This document shows, piece by piece, positions 63,294 through 64,000 of a DNA stretch of 64,000 bases. The translations under genes and the position numbers were made by a program. Source of the DNA: Promethearchaeota archaeon (GTDB lineage Archaea > Asgardarchaeota > Heimdallarchaeia > Hodarchaeales > Hodarchaeaceae); contig JBHLMN010000010.1 in the NCBI GenBank assembly GCA_048938105.1, positions 152,937 to 216,936 on the forward strand. Direction: 5' to 3'. The stretch's first letter is position 1, and each line of letters starts with the position of its first letter. The notes beneath the pieces were generated by a model. The model was not told the origin of the DNA and did not search any database. It saw nothing but the letters and a program-made list of their open reading frames with translations.

Positions 63294-63706
63294 TGCTGAG
63301 AGGAACGACATTAATGATTGCTGATACGTCCTTTCTTATTGATTTGATGAGAGAGCATAAGGGTGTACTTGCCAAGCTGTCTGAAATTGAAAGAGAAAGT
63401 CGTCGTCAATTTCTAGCAAGTCCTTCGGTGTTTGAACTGGCTGTAGGAGTCGCTATGAGTGACCTTCCCGAGAAAGAAAAGACTAAAATTTTTGGAGTCA
63501 TTGAAAGTTTCTCGATCATTCCGTTAACGTTCGAAAGTACCTGGCGAGTAGGACTTGAATTAGGAGAACTTTATAATAAAGGTAAATCTGTTGATCCAAT
63601 TGATGGACAAATAGCAGGAATTGCATTAGAGTATAATGAACCGATTGTGACAAGAAATGTTACTCATTTCAACCGTTTTCCCAGGTTAAAAGTCGAATCT
63701 TATTAG
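63293..63706 (+). CDS. vapC: PIN-domain toxin
   Basis: IADTSFLIDL, FEL, DGQIAG and VTRN..HF motifs. Confidence 0.92.
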   Translation: MLRGTTLMIADTSFLIDLMREHKGVLAKLSEIERESRRQFLASPSVFELAVGVAMSDLPEKEKTKIFGVIESFSIIPLTFESTWRVGLELGELYNKGKSVDPIDGQIAGIALEYNEPIVTRNVTHFNRFPRLKVESY

Positions 63707-63750
63707 CTTATTATTTTTTACGTTAATTTTTCTTTTTTTTGACATGACAG

Positions 63751-63830
63751 ATGTCATATAACATTGGATAGGTTACCAAAAATACGTATATTGATACGTA
63801 TAATTTACTATAACATTGATTAAGACTCTT
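63751..63830 (+). other. dif-like sites M (ATGTCATATAA-CATTGG-ATAGGTTACCA) and N (ATTTACTATAA-CATTGA-TTAAGACTCTT) enclosing the second 52-bp unit
   Basis: Left arm of M is 10/11 identical to that of site A; unit duplicated at 44803-44854. Confidence 0.7.
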
Positions 63831-64000
63831 TTTTTTAATTTTACATCGAATTAACGAAAATTACTTATTATTAAAAAAAAAGGATGGTAATTTTCCTTCC
63901 TTAAGATGGTTATCCCCTTTGCACGATCACAAAGATTCAGGTTTCTTTAAGGCTTAATCTGCTTCCAATAAGAAATAGCAAAAAGAAGATGATCATGACT

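Noticed and set aside
35135-63830. Classical integron (attC/IntI), because many cores read GTTRRRY (GTTGGAT, GTTAGAT, GTTGGGT)
   Set aside because: No RYYYAAC inverse cores or long attC hairpins upstream; several cores are ATTGG; genes lie in both orientations; the 289-aa recombinase shows no room for the IntI-specific insertion
35016-63830. CRISPR array
   Set aside because: Repeats are irregularly spaced (52 bp to 13 kb) and no cas genes are present

Overview
AT-rich archaeal DNA, most likely from an Asgard archaeon (Heimdallarchaeia-like). This is inferred from TFB, GAPN, longin-like and Rab-like proteins, polyproline tails and CTERM-anchored surface proteins. The first ~33 kb is a mixed metabolic, membrane and signalling region. 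It includes an apparently circularly permuted Rab-like GTPase and a methyltransferase-fused HgcA-like/HgcB-like pair. Beyond a compositionally aberrant TFB gene (33.5-35.1 kb), the rest of the window is punctuated by about 14 co-oriented dif-like sites (11 bp arm, 6 bp spacer, 11 bp arm; idealised ATGTCGTATAA-CRTTGG-TTATACGACAT). These sites lie between genes and delimit modules: VapBC toxin-antitoxin pairs, an MFS/ChrB unit, an aldo-keto reductase, a TPR protein, a hydrolase, short gene-free units, and a 13-kb element with a Xer-like tyrosine recombinase, phased iteron-like repeats, defence genes and a pseudo-GTPase. The best interpretation is an integron-like cassette array built on Xer/dif-type sites. 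All calls come from reading motifs by eye; no searches were run.
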